Positions 39,368-53,399 of a stretch of 64,000 nucleotides of DNA are shown here, piece after piece. The notes below the pieces were generated by a model that did not search any database, was not told the DNA's origin, and was given only the letters and a program-made list of their open reading frames with translations. Origin of the DNA: Octopus sinensis (taxonomy: Eukaryota); contig NC_043001.1 in NCBI RefSeq assembly GCF_006345805.1, forward strand, positions 108,562,001 through 108,626,000. The letters run 5' to 3'. Both the position numbers and the translations under genes were made by a program. How positions within the stretch are numbered: position 1 is the first letter of the stretch; each line of letters starts with the position of its first letter.

Positions 39368-39805
39368 ATCTGGGACGGTGAGTCGGCAGAATCATTAACA
39401 TGCCGGACAAAATGCTTAGCGGCACTTCTTCTGGGTCTTTGCATTCTGAGTTCAAATTCCGCCGAAGTCGACTTTGCCTTCCGTCCTTTCAGGGTCGATA
39501 AATTAAGTACCTTTTGAGCACTAGGATCGATTAAAGTCAACTAGCCCCTCCTGCTTATAGCAGAAAGGATTGTCATTATTAATACGGCGACCTGGCAGAA
39601 TCATTAACTTGCCGAACGAAGAATTTTTAGTCGATCGACTAAAATTTTTTCCAGGCGTTGCCCCAGCATGGCTGCAGTCCAGTGACTGAAACAAGTAAAG
39701 GATAAAAGAAATTATAAAAGATACGCTCACAAACACACACACACTCTAAAACACAAACAGACACATATACATACACAGTATCGTTTCCTTAATACGTCCA
39801 GTATT

Positions 39806-41017
39806 CTTTTGTATTCTAAGCACAAGGCACGAAATTTTGGGGGAGAGGGGCCAGTCGATTAGATCGACCCCAGTACGCAACTAGTAGTTAATTTATCGCC
39901 ACTGAAAGGATGAAAGCAAAGTCGAGCTCGGCGGAATTTGAACTCAGAATGAAAAGACAGACAAAACACCGCTTAACAGACGAAATACCCATTTCTTTAC
40001 TACCCACAAGGGGCTAAACACAGAGAGGACAAACAAGGACCGACAAACGGATTAAGTCGATTATATCAATCCCAGTACGTAACTGGTACTTATTTAATCG
40101 ACTCCGAAAGGATGAAAGGCAAAGTCGACCTCGGCGAAATTTGAACTCAGAACGTAGCGGCAGACAAAATACCCCTAAGCATTTCGCCCGTCGTGCTAAC
40201 GTTTCTTATTTCTTTATTGCCCACAAGGGGCTAAACATAGAGGGGACAAACAAGGACAGACAAAGGGATTAGGTCCCAGTGCGTAAGTGGTACTTAATTT
40301 ATCGACCCCGAAAAGATGAAGGCAAAGTCGACCTCGACGGAATTTGAACTCAGAACGTAAAGACAGACGAAATACCTATTTCTTTATTACCCACAAGGGG
40401 CTAAACAAAGAGGGGACAAACAAGGACAGACATAGGTATTAAGTCGATTACATCGACCCCAGTGCGTAACTGGTACTTAATTTATCGACCCCGAGAGGAT
40501 GAAAGGCAAAGTCGACCTCGGCGAAATTTGAACTCACAACGTAACGACAGACGAAATACCTCTAAGCATTTCGCCCGGCGTGCTAACGTTTCTTATTTCT
40601 TTATTGCCCACAAGGGGCTAAACATAGAGGGGACAAACAAGGACAGACAAAGGGATTAGGTCCCAGTGCGTAAGTGGTACTTAATTTATCGACCCCGAAA
40701 GGATGAAAGGCAAAGTCGACCTCGGCGGAATTTGAACTCAGAACGTAGCGGCAGAAAAAATACCTCTAAGCATTTCGCCCGTCGTGCTAACGTTTCTTAT
40801 TTCTTTATTGCCCACAAGGGGCTAAACATAGAGGGGACAAACAAGGACAGACAAAGGGATTAGGTCCCAGTGCGTAAGTGGTACTTAATTTATCGACCCC
40901 GAAAGGATGAAAGGCAAAGTCGACCTCGGCGGAATTTGAACTCAGAACGTAAAGACAGACGAAATACCTCTAAGCATTTCGCCAGGCGTGCTAACGCTCC
41001 TGCCAGCTCGCTGCTTT
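39806..41017 (-). mobile_element. Head-to-tail hexamer of SINE family B with a 17-bp TSD
   Basis: Six cores about 185-205 bp apart; flanks ttaatacgtccagtatt (39789-39805) and ttaatacggtcagtatt (41018-41034). Confidence 0.88.
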
Positions 41018-41518
41018 TTAATACGGTCAGTATTAAAGCATTTAGAGAATGTCAGGTTAATTAGCGTGCAAAATTATTAAACTTACTTCTAGATATCAAG
41101 GAAAAAGAATTTAAAAACACCGGCAATACTTTTGTAGAAGCTAAATGTAACACGTTACTGACATTTAACAAATATCTTAATTACTGCAGTGGCCGTATGA
41201 ATCCAGTCATATTTCTCTACACGCACCTTTCCATAGGTGTGTGCTTGCATGTGTTATGAGTGTGTAGTATGTGTGCAAATGCAAAGCTGCGCTATATTGG
41301 AAATACGCAGTATATTCACAAGGCCTCTTCTATCATTGAAACATTTTAATAAATGTCAATGACGTGTTAGGTTCAGCTTCTACTGAGCATTTGCGGAATC
41401 TTTGTTATTCATAACAAAATCGGATGTATGTATGTATGCATGCATGTATGTATGTATGTATGTATGTATGTATGTATGTATGTATGTATGTATGTATGTA
41501 TGTATACATATATATATA

Positions 41519-41593
<75 letters not shown>

Positions 41594-41732
41594 TGTATGT
41601 ATGTATGTATGTATATGTACACAAACATACACAAACACGCACGTAAACACGTACACACAAACACATAACCCCCCCCCACACACACACACACAAGTATTAT
41701 GTATATATGTATATATATGTGTGTATATATAT

Positions 41733-41795
<63 letters not shown>

Positions 41796-42039
41796 GAAAA
41801 GAATCGTTAGCATGTCGAGAAAATTACTTAGCGGTGTTTCGTCCGTCGCTACGTTCTGAGTTCAAATTCTGCCGAGATCAACTTTGCCTTTCTTGTTTAC
41901 GAGATGTATAAATTAAGTAAAGGCGAAACACGGGCCGTCGATGGAATCGACTTAACAACTTCTTCTGAAATTGCTAGTCTTGTGCCAAAGTTTGAAACAA
42001 ATATTCTGGAAAGCTTCTGTTTTGAGAAGGTCCTCTACT

Positions 42040-42252
42040 CTTACTCGTTTACTCTCTTATTTGTTTCAGTCATTTGACTGTGGCCATGCTGGAGCACTAC
42101 CTTTAGTCGAATAAATCGACCCCAGAATTTATTCTTTGTAAGCCTAGTACTTATTCTATCGGTCTCTTTTGCCGAACTGCTAGATTACGGAGACGTATAC
42201 ACACCAGCATCGGTTGTCAAGCGATGTTGGGGGGACAAACACAGACACACAA

Positions 42253-42301
<49 letters not shown>

Positions 42302-42793
42302 TATATATATATGCATATATACGACAGGCTTCTTTCAGTTTCCGCCTACCAAATCCACTCACAAAGCTTTGGTCTGCCCGAGGATATAGTAGAAAACACT
42401 TACGCAGGGTGCCAATCAGTGGGATTGAACCGGAAGCATGTGAACCTCTCCTGATCTTTCTAGAGTATCAGTAATTGTTTGGAGATGAAATATATTCTGG
42501 TCCTGTCTTTGAGATAACATGGAAATTTGTAGCTGTCATGATTTTATGAGGAACATATCTGCATAAAGCATTTGTTAGGCCAGAAATTTGGGGGGAGAAG
42601 TAAAGTCGGTTACTTGACTGGTACTTATTTTATCGACCCCACATAGTTCCGGGTTCATTCCCACTGCGTGACACCTTGGGTAAGTGTCTTCTACTATAGC
42701 CTCGGGTCGACCAAAGCCTTGTGAGTGGATTTGGTAGACGGAAACTGAAAGAACCCCGTCGTATATATGTATGTATGTGTGTGTATGTATGTA

Positions 42794-42859
<66 letters not shown>

Positions 42860-43047
42860 CATATATATGCACATATATATGTGTGTGTTTGTGTGTTTGT
42901 CCCCTCACCATCGCATGACAACTGATGCTAGTGTGTTTACGCCCCGTAACCTAGCGGTTTGGCAAAAGAGACCGATAGAGTAAGTACTAGGCTTACAAAG
43001 AATAAGTCCTTGAGACGATTTGCTCGACTAAAGGCGGTGCTCCAGCC
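42040..43047. mobile_element. Head-to-head pair of SINE family A copies (- 42040-42440; + 42643-43047)
   Basis: Family body and tail in opposite orientations. Confidence 0.82.
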
Positions 43048-43933
43048 GAAACCGGGCGTGGTTCCTCCTGATGATGACTTGAGCTAACTGGGTCCTATAA
43101 AGGAGCTGTTGTGGTAGCAGACTACGAAACAGTTGAAATTCCTCTTTACTTATGTACATTTGTTTCAGTAAGAAAGGTACTATCAAACTGCTCTCCAAAT
43201 ACAAGCGTCAAAGAAAAAATCATTTTACTGAAGAGAAAGTATCTATTACTGAAATAAAACTTTAGTATTTACTCTAATATTCTATTCTTTATTCTGGAAT
43301 ATTGATTTTTATATAAGCTCGTTAGTGAAAACTAACAAAATGGTGTGCTTTCATTATATATATAATTCGTCTTTTCTCTTCTTCTCCGGATTTTCTTTTG
43401 CATTGTAAACACATACAACCAATATATGTTAACTTCAGACTTTATTTCCCTTATTCCAGCTGCCACTATCTTTAATTACAAAAACCAATGTTATCATTTT
43501 AAGCTTGCTTTCTTTTTCTCTTCTAGAAAATAAAGCTTTTTCGTTATTCTTTTTTATTATTACGAAATGCAGACTATAAAAGTGCTTAACGAATTATATT
43601 AAACTTCCATGGTTTAATTCTTAATTCCCTTAATTTAGTACTTTCATATATCGATGCGATAAGCAAGAAAATTGGATTTTTGTTTAGTGGCTGTCTAGAT
43701 AAAATAACTCATTAACCGAGTGATGAATAATGATGATTATAATCCTTCCTACTAAAGGCACAAGGCCTGAAATTTTGTGGGGTGCGGGGACTAGTCGTAC
43801 TTAATTTATCGACCCCGAAAGGATGAAAGGCAAAGTCGACCTCGGCGGAATTTGAACTCAGAGTGTAAGGACGGACAAAATACCGTTAAGCATTTTTTTC
43901 TGGTGTGCTAACGGTTCTGACAGCTCGTCGCCT

Positions 43934-44214
<281 letters not shown>

Positions 44215-44220
<6 letters not shown>

Positions 44221-44930
44221 GCAACATATTTTAAAATAACCCACAAAGTTTTTACAGGAAGATAGGTACAATATCAGTTACAGTAAAGTCTGTTCCGTCA
44301 AAAGAAGTGCGGGAATTTTAGAATAAAATTTGGGCAGAAGAGAAAACACACAATGAAAAGGTCCCTTGGATTGATAGAATATCTACATATTTAGACTCCT
44401 TAGAAGAGCAAAAGTGGGAGGATATCAAGGTAGATAATGCAAGATCTGCTCTCAGGAAATCAAGCAAATGGAAGTCTCCAGAAAAAGATTAAATTCCTGA
44501 CTTCTGGTTGAATGCCTTCACAGAGAGCCATGAACTGCTGACAAGCCTTTACAACAATATTTTGCAGCAACCCAAAACGATTCCTTCTATGAAAAATCGT
44601 TTATGCGAAAAATATTGTCTATGTAATCCCCAAAACATTTTAATTTGTAAACAGTGTCAAAATACTTTTAAACATACATAATAGCAAACACCTTTCACTG
44701 TCAGCTTAAACATCACACTATCATCTTGTAATCAAATTACTCTTAGACCAAACTTCTAATTTTCTTGTTCTCACAGACATTCTCTGGAACAATACTTTGT
44801 GCAAAGTCAAAAGTATGGCACCCTGGTCATAACACCAACTTGAACTTCTAATTTGTTGTCTCTTGAGGTCTCTGGGTGAGACTTGGAGTCAACTTGTACA
44901 AATATAAAGCAAAAGTCAAACGTATTATAT
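44215..44930 (+). mobile_element. Older, deleted copy of the R4/Dong-type LINE
   Basis: 44215-44580 is homologous to ~47055-47420; 44810-44930 matches the 3' UTR at 49640-49754. Confidence 0.85.
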
Positions 44931-44939
44931 TAACAACGA

Positions 44940-45018
44940 CAAGAAGAAGAAGAAGAAGAAGAAGAAGAAGAAGAAGAAGAAGAAGAAGAAGAAGAAGAAG
45001 AAGAAGAAGAAGAAGAAG

Positions 45019-45054
<36 letters not shown>

Positions 45055-45107
45055 AATAATAATAATAATAATAATAATATAATAATATAATAATAATAAT
45101 AATAATT
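44940..45107. repeat. (GAA)n-(CAA)n-(TAA)n compound microsatellite
   Basis: Visible directly. Confidence 0.92.
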
Positions 45108-45671
45108 GTTTTCTTTTCTGAGCATTCGAAAATGTAAACATTCTTCCCATTGCAAAAATCTTATTGTATTTTCCAAATGGACATCTCAAGAATACTTAAA
45201 AACTTTAATATATTACCTAAACACGTAAACACGTGAACTTTTATTGCAACAACACAACTGAATTCAGAAATTTAAAAAATTATCGACGTAAATATCAGAA
45301 AATATGCGTGTGTGAATATACATATACATATATATATGTGTATGGGTATATATATATATATATAGTTTTTTTTTGTTTTTTTTCTCTTCCTACCATTAAT
45401 TACAAATATTACAAGCTGAATTGCTTTTCAAGATAACGCTGGTACTAGTAACAGGTTTGACCTTTCCTGACCCAAAATGTCCTTTGTCTCTTTGGCTGAC
45501 CATTCCACCATCTGCTGAATCTATTTATAGACCTATAGAACATGACCTCTTTACCGTGGCAATGGTGATAATGATAATAATAATAATAATAGCAATAATA
45601 ATAAGCTACTGCTGTAACTACACATAAAACAATATCATTGATGATGATGATGATGATAGTGGTGATGATAA

Positions 45672-48600
45672 TTTTTTTTTTCGTATTTTATTCTCATTTT
45701 TTCGAACTAATACAGGCAGAGTGAACCTTTCATAAGCTTAAAAAAAAGAAGAAAAAAAAGGAAAACTATGCCCGGAGATAAAACTATCAACAAAAAAAAT
45801 ACAGACGAATACAGATCTGCTAGCCTTAAGAAGCTGCACTACGAACAATGTTTACATGCAGAAAATCCTAAACTGACAGATCTGCCTCTTAATGTAAGAG
45901 TCGAAGCTCGTCATGCTTCAATGTCAACAAAACACCCTACAATCTGCGATGGTCGGTGAGCGGATTACAAAAGACCACGTACCCGAAAATTGAGCCAAAG
46001 TCTGATTGAAAAATCAGCTACTGGATCAAATCTTCCCGACACACAGGAGCTGGACGTACCCCACAACTGGAATATTCCAACAGATGGCCATCCATGCTCG
46101 TCACCAAACACTCAAAAGAAAAAGAAGGAAAAATGGACTAGGAAAGATAATAAAGAAGTTCTTGCGGCCTTCTACCATGCCATATATTTCCCCACAGATA
46201 AATCGAACACTATACAAACCTACATAAACTGGAGACAGAAACACCCTGAGGCAAGACCCTACATAGACAGTAACAAACTTGCTAACGTCAGAAGAAACAT
46301 TATAAAAAAAAATTACTGACTGAAGTAGAGATTGATCAAGTTAGACAAGCAGTAACGGATAGAATGAACGAAGCTGCAGCTAAAGAAGATAATACAGAGG
46401 AAATAATTATAGACCAGCCCAGAGCTGATAAAAACGAAGTAAGGATTGAAAGAGTTAGTATAAGTGATAGGCAAAGTGAAATACTCCCTGAACCAAACAT
46501 AAACACTAAGACAGATGAACATCAAATAGATGAAGAAAGTCACACAAATATTGACCCGACAGAACTACATGAGCTAAAAAGTCAAATCATGATTGAACGG
46601 CTGAAAATTAAAGAAACCAGTATGGATGAACGTGATACACTCCCTAAAATCCGCAACTCTAACCAAAACATGAAAATAATTGGTAAAATCCGGCTTGCAC
46701 TTAAGGATATAATTTCAGTTAATGATCACAGATCTCAACCACCTGTACTATGCATCCGCGAAAATCTCAACGATCCTATGTGGTGAAAAGATTAGAAAAC
46801 GGCAACATTTCCACAAAAAGCCTTCTTGGCAAGAGCGTTTGCAACAACAAATTAAACTATTTAGATCTGACATTGAATATTTGAAAAACCTTAAGGTTCA
46901 TAAGACTACCAAACCTACAAAACCCCCAAAACTAATGAAAAAATATAATATGAAAACTATACTTGATATTGATGCCACCATAGAAACCATCAAGCAAAAC
47001 GTATCTGCTAAAGCTACCCGCATAGTGAGGTATGAAAAACGTGTTAGATTTTTCAAGGACAACAACATGTTCAAAAATAATCCCAAAAATTTTTACAGGA
47101 AGATAGGAAAAACACCAGTTACTGTAAAGTCTGTACCATCAAAAGAAGAAGTGCAGGGATTTTGGAATAAAATCTGGGCAGAAGAAAAAACACACAGCGA
47201 AAGGGCCCCTTGGATTGATAGAATATCTAAAGAACTGGACTCATTTGAAGAGCAAAAGTGGGAGGGTGTCAAGGTAGAAGATATAAGATCTGCTCTCAGG
47301 AGGTCAAGCAAATGGAAGTCTCCAGGAAAGGATAAAATCCCTAACTTCTGGTTGAATGCCTTCCCAGAGAGCCATGAACTGCTAACGGAACTTTACAATG
47401 ATGTTTTGCAACACCCTAGTAGGATGCCTCCTTGGCTAGTTAATGGGTTAACATTCCTGCTTCCAAAAAGTGGAGAAACAAATGAACCAAAAAACTATAG
47501 ACCCATAACCTGCTTAACAACTATGTATAAAACACTAACATCTGTCCTGACGGAATATACCTATAGTTTATTGACAGACAGCAGCATATTCCCTAATGAA
47601 CAGAAAGGATGTAAACGTGGATCCTACGGTTGTAAAGATCCACTACTCATCAATAAGATGATCTTAGAAGATTGTCACAAACGACACAAAACTTATCAAT
47701 AGTCTGGATAGACTATAAAAAGGCTTTTGATAGCCTACCACATAGCTGGATTAAGAAATGCCTAGAAATGTATAAGATAGCACCTACTCTGCAAACCTTT
47801 TTGTCTGTAAGTATGAGATCATGGAGAACCACACTAACTTTGAACAGTGACAATGAATCTCTAAATGCTGGTGATGTAAAAATTTCATGTGGCATTTTCC
47901 AGGGTGACTCACTATCACCACTCCCCTTCTGTTTAGCCTTAATACCTCTCTCTAAACTGCTCAATGACGCGCAGTACGGATATAAAATGTTTGATAAAAA
48001 TATAAATCATCTCATTTACATGGATGATTTAAAGCTCTTTGCAAAAAATGACCAACAACTCAAGGGCTTACTAGCGATTGTCAAACAATTCAGTGATGAC
48101 ATCAGAATGCAATTTGGCCTCGATAAATGCGCAAAAGCTACCTTTATCAAAGGAAAAATGACAGAAACATCTAACGTTAACCTTGACCAGCAGAATGTCA
48201 TAAAAGAATTAGACCCAGCGGAGAACTACAAGTATCTAGGGGTAATTGAAGGAGACGGAATAAGGCATTCAGAGATGAAGGAAAGGATCAGGAGAGAATG
48301 TTATCGCAGAGTAAGAGCAATACTCAAGACAGAGCTGAATGCGAGAAACAGGATCGAAGCGATCAATGCATTAGCCATACCAGTCGTGACTTACAGTTTC
48401 AATATCGTAAACTGGTCAATTACTGAAATATGTAATATTGACAGAAAAATACGAAAACTGTTGACAATGCATAGAATGCACCACCCTAAGGCAGGTACAG
48501 AACGACTTTATCTGCCAAGAAAAGAGGGAGGCCGTGGACTTTTACAACTGGCAATAACAATGAAGATTGCTACAATTGGCCTAGACACCTAGGTGAAAAA

Positions 48601-49754
48601 CTCTGAGGACTGGATGTTAAAACTTGTCTCAAAACATGAAAACAAGAAAGCATCATACTCAGTAACAAAACAGGCAAAGGAATACCTAAGTGAATTCCGA
48701 ATACAACAAATTTCGGAATTAGAAATAGACATACAAGAAACAGGCACAGAAAAAGCTAAGCGCATGAAAACCCGTGCTAAATCTGCGGCCTTAGATATTC
48801 TGAATGATAAATGGCGAGAAAAACCTCTCTATGGTAAATACCCAAAGAGAGCGAATAATGCAGATGTTGACAAAGCCCTGACCCATCAATGGCTAATGGC
48901 CTCTGGCTTAAAATCTGAAACAGAGGGGTTTATCATAGCAGCTCAAGATCAATGCCGACCAACAAGAAACAAACAGGCCAACATATTAAAGATCGGCAGT
49001 AGCCCAACATGTCGTGTATGCCAGCAACAAAATGAAACCATTGATCATGTGGTCTCCAAGTGCAGTCTTCTAGCGCCTACAGATTATCTCAACAGGCATG
49101 ATAGAGCTGCACAATATATTCACTGGGTAATCTGCAAAAACCTGGATTCGCCCCATGAAAAAAACTGGTAGGAACACAAACCACCCTCAGTGCTTGAAAA
49201 TGACCACATCTCATTCCCCTGGAACTTCACCATTCAAACTGACAGAAAGATAGATGCAAATAGGCCAGACATCATATTGAAAGACTTCAAACAAAGAACA
49301 TGCCTCCTCATTGATATGACTGTCCCAATCGATATAACCGTTGCTGTCAAGTCCTACCAAAAACTGAGCAAATATAAAGATCTTGAAATAGAAATCAGCA
49401 AAATGTGGAACCTGAAGACTAAAACAATACCTGTTGTCATAGGTGCCCTGGGAATGATAGCAAAAGGGGCTGATTGCTACCTAACTCAGATACCAGGAAA
49501 CCTAAAAATGGCAGAAATTCAAAAGATAGTGCTCATGGGAACTGCTCATATCCTACGCAAAATACTTTCTATGTAATCTCAAGGTTTAAAACAAACATTT
49601 TCTTTTTTTAGACATCCACTAGTACAACACAAAAAACAACCAAATATATGGCACACTAGGCATAACAACAACGTGAACTTCCAACCTGTTGTCTCTTGAG
49701 GTCTCTGGGTGAGACTTGGAGCCAACTTGTACAAATATAAAGCAAAAGTCAAAC
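45672..49754 (+). mobile_element. Near-full-length R4/Dong-clade non-LTR retrotransposon (RT + CCHC knuckle + restriction-like endonuclease), inactivated
   Basis: KSPGKDKIPNFW, NYRPITCL, IDYKKAFDSLPH, GIFQGDSLSPL, HLIYMDDLKLF, CRVC..ETIDHVVSKC, NRPDIIL..LLIDMTVP..KLSKYKDL, VIGALG. About 3 frameshifts; stops at 45957, 48590 and 49169. Followed by (TAA)n. Confidence 0.93.
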
Positions 49755-49766
49755 ATAATAATAATA

Positions 49767-49816
<50 letters not shown>

Positions 49817-49842
49817 GTGATAATAATAAAAATAAAAATAAA

Positions 49843-49897
<55 letters not shown>

Positions 49898-49899
49898 GT

Positions 49900-50130
49900 A
49901 CACGGAGCCTTCCACTCTATGAACGACACCGACAGGATCTACTTGTCCAGAAGAAAGGGTGGAAGAGGTTTGATCAGTTGCCAGAATTGTATCGAAAACA
50001 GTTTAGGGTGGTATGTAAAAAATGCCGTGGGACCATTGTTGAAACATGCAAAGAAGGCCGGTGTCATTAAAACTGAGAATTGCGTAAAGAAAGAAAACCT
50101 TAACGAGGAAAAGAACGCAAAAAAAAGAAA
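49900..50130 (+). mobile_element. Fragment of a second R4-type LINE family (post-RT domain)
   Basis: HGAFHSMNDTDRIYLSRRKGGRGLISCQNC parallels HHPKAGTERLYLPRKEGGRGLL in the main element. Confidence 0.7.
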
Positions 50131-50139
50131 CGGTCTGTT

Positions 50140-50752
50140 TGCAAGAGATACGAGCATGAAGACTGCAGCTCGGACAAAGAGACGAGCATTGTTGAATTGT
50201 GGGTTTATGTCGAACACCTGATGTCGAACACTTGAGTCCATCGGGAACATCATCCCGCCGCCTTCCTTTAGCCGAGAATGGTATGCAGTGTTTCTTTGCC
50301 TGGTGGCCTCAGCAAAAGGGGTTTTCTGGTGGACCAGGTTGAAAGGGCTGAAGGCAGATACTTTCCTCTTTGCCCAAGCCCTCATCAACATTTTCAAGTT
50401 TCACTTGAAAACGAAAGTGAGAGTAGAGAGGGGGGTACTGCTTCCCAGCAATTTGGTAAAAAGGTGGGTGAATGTAGCACGAATGGCCCGAGTGAACGGA
50501 CCTACTATAAGCATCCGCCTCTAGATTGAGGGTAAAGGAAGAGGAGAGGGTACTTGCCCTAGAGGTCAGGGCGATCTTGGTTTTTGCGGAGTTTCCATGA
50601 ACAGCTCTTGGAAGTTTACCTCTTTGGGGGATTTTAATTGTTATAATTTTCATTGTTTTTGTTTTTACGCGCTTCAGTCCCACTCTTTTTGTATCGTATT
50701 TTCCTGCACCGTCCCCAATCTTATATGAACCCTCAGTGGTTAATAAAGAAAA
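50140..50752 (+). mobile_element. L1/Tx1-like LINE 3' end
   Basis: ..ELWVYVEHLMS / IIPPPSFSREWYAVFLCLVASAKGVFWWTRLKGLK..QALINIFKFHLKTKVRVER..KRWVNVARMARVN*; then a pyrimidine-rich 3' UTR, AATAAA and (ATT)n. Clade assignment is from memory. Confidence 0.5.
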
Positions 50753-51095
<343 letters not shown>

Positions 51096-51329
51096 TAACC
51101 CATCCTGCATTGAAGTCGGTGTAATCGACTTACCTAAATCCCCCGAAATTTCAGGCCTTGTGCCTTTAGGAGAAAGGATTATTATTGTTGATGTTGTTGT
51201 TGTTGATGTCTCTGTCTCTCCTTATTATAAGACGAAAACAGTAAATATTGATGAATGTTTTCCTTTTCAAACACTGACCTCAGTTAAATGTCGATATAAT
51301 CGAATCATTGTAATATCGAAGAAGGTAAA

Positions 51330-51540
51330 AAGAGAGAAAAGAGACCGCCTCTGACAATGCGACAAGTTTAAATAAAACCTTTATATTTCAGGCTTTATCT
51401 TTCAGGCTTCCGTTAACAGAACCTACATAACTGAACTTCCTTTAGACTGTTCTTTTCTGCTAAAGATGGGCCTTTGAGCCTGAAATATAAAGGTTTTATT
51501 AAACTTTACGCATTGTCAGACGCTGTCTATTTTCTCCCTT
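51330..51540. repeat. Inverted repeat (~65-bp arms, ~80-bp spacer)
   Basis: ctgacaatgcg..aataaaacctttatatttcaggct (to 51394) vs agcctgaaatataaaggttttatt..cgcattgtcag (from 51477). Confidence 0.85.
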
Positions 51541-51564
51541 GTTATATATATATATATATATATA

Positions 51565-52780
51565 CAAGGGTTGGACAAAATAATGGAAACACCTAGCATC
51601 ATAGCATCATAATTTTGAAATATCTACAAAACCGTCAAAAGCTTGTTTATTTTTATGTTTTTTTATTTATTGTTAGTATTGCTTAATATGTTTTGCTAAA
51701 ATTGCTGTTTCTTTTTAGATATCATCAGAAAAAGGTAATTAAAATTCATTAAAATGACAGATCTATCGGATTTTCAAAGAGGTCAAATTGTTGGTGCTCG
51801 TATGGCAGGCGCTAGCGTAACGAAAACAGCCGAAATGTTTGGTGTATCAAGAAGTACTCTATCGAAAGTAATGGCAACCTTTGAAAAAGAGAAAAAAACC
51901 TCCTCGTTGAAACAAAACTCCAGAAGAAAACTAAAACTTTTAGATAGGGGCCGTCAGACTCTTATGCGAATTGTTAGAAAGGATCACAAAAGTACAGCTC
52001 CCAAAACTACTGCAGAGCTTAATGACCACCTCGAGAACCCAGTTTCCACAAAAACTGTTCGCCGGGAGCTGCACAAACCTGGATTTCAGAGGAGGGCTGC
52101 AATAAAAAAACCACTACTTTCAAAAACAAACGTTGCAAAGCATTTAGAGTGGAGTAAACACCTACAGAATTGGTCCCTAGATCAGTGGAAGAATGTTATT
52201 TTCTCGGACGAGTCATCCTTTACCTTATTTCCGACCACCGGTCGAGTATACGCGTGGAGACAGCCTGTGGTGAGCTGGAGAGTTACATCTTGGTAATCCG
52301 CCGGCCCAATGGTTTCCCTTCATGGCAGAATTAATAGTCAAGACTATTCAAGCATTTTATCTGATCAAATTCATCCTATGGTTGCGGAGTTGTTTCCGGA
52401 GGGAAACGCGATCTTTCAAGATGATAATACACCAATTCACACACCTAAAGATGTTACTGAATGGCACGAGGAACATTCTAGTGAAGTTGAACATCTTATC
52501 TGGCTACCACAGTCCCCAGATCTCCATATTATCAAACATTTATGGTGCATTTTAGAAAAACATGTAAGGAGTCGATATCCTCCACCATCATCACTACAAG
52601 AACTGCAAACTGTTTTAGCTGAAGAATGGACAAAAATTCCTTTGGAAACAATTCAAACTTTGTACGAGTCCATACCTCATAGAATTCAAACTGTAATTAC
52701 TGCCAAAGGCGGTCCTACCCCATATTAAAATAAATTTGTTTGAAATTTTAAGGTATTTCCATTATTTTGTCCAACCGCCG
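51565..52780 (+). mobile_element. Tc1-family (DD34E) transposon, complete ends, transposase pseudogene
   Basis: TIRs caagggttggacaaaataatggaaacacct / aggtatttccattattttgtccaaccgccg with TA TSD. ORF pieces MTDLSDFQRGQIVG..VIFSDES..FQDDN..WLPQSPDLHIIKHLW..KGGPTPY; internal deletion and TAA at 52294. Confidence 0.93.
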
Positions 52781-52802
52781 TATATTATAATACATACATA
52801 CA

Positions 52803-52837
<35 letters not shown>

Positions 52838-52867
52838 GTATATATATATATATGTATGTATATATAT

Positions 52868-52978
<111 letters not shown>

Positions 52979-52988
52979 TATATATATA

Positions 52989-53020
<32 letters not shown>

Positions 53021-53269
53021 GAGAGACATAAAGACAGGACCAGACAAGGATGAAAAAGGCCTCATAGCATATTCTTCCGATAAATTTCAAATAAACCACC
53101 TACACGAGGATTATATCTCTGCAAACAATAACCTTTTATTGGAATGGTAACGAAAGCATGACTGTAACATGAAACATGATTGAATGTCTTCTCCGAGTGA
53201 TGCTAATAGGTAACACATGGCCTAGGCCAATTCAAGCTGAGACCTAACTCGTATCTAAGTATGTGTGTT

Positions 53270-53312
<43 letters not shown>

Positions 53313-53361
53313 TGTATATATGCATATGTATATGTATATACGTATGTATATATATATTTAC

Positions 53362-53399
53362 CTTGAAATTGTTTCCTTGTCTTCCGTCTGAGTAGCCAT
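53362..53399 (-). CDS. Candidate first coding exon of the arrestin gene (MATQTEDKETIS-R)
   Basis: Minus strand reads acaATGG (strong Kozak), then 12 codons plus AG, then donor gtaaat. The phase-2 end matches the phase-2 start of the 31-nt exon at 12986. Not supported by homology; 40 kb from the next exon. Confidence 0.5.

Noticed and set aside
40462-41064. Recurrent ORF MRNWYLIYRPRKDERQSRPRRNLNSE...
   Set aside because: Antisense reading of the SINE B core; repeats wherever the SINE occurs.
43070-43145. CTGATGA...GAAAC hammerhead-like motif (also CTGAAGA at ~57076)
   Set aside because: Stems I/II do not pair convincingly at 43070, and the GAAA is mutated at 57076.
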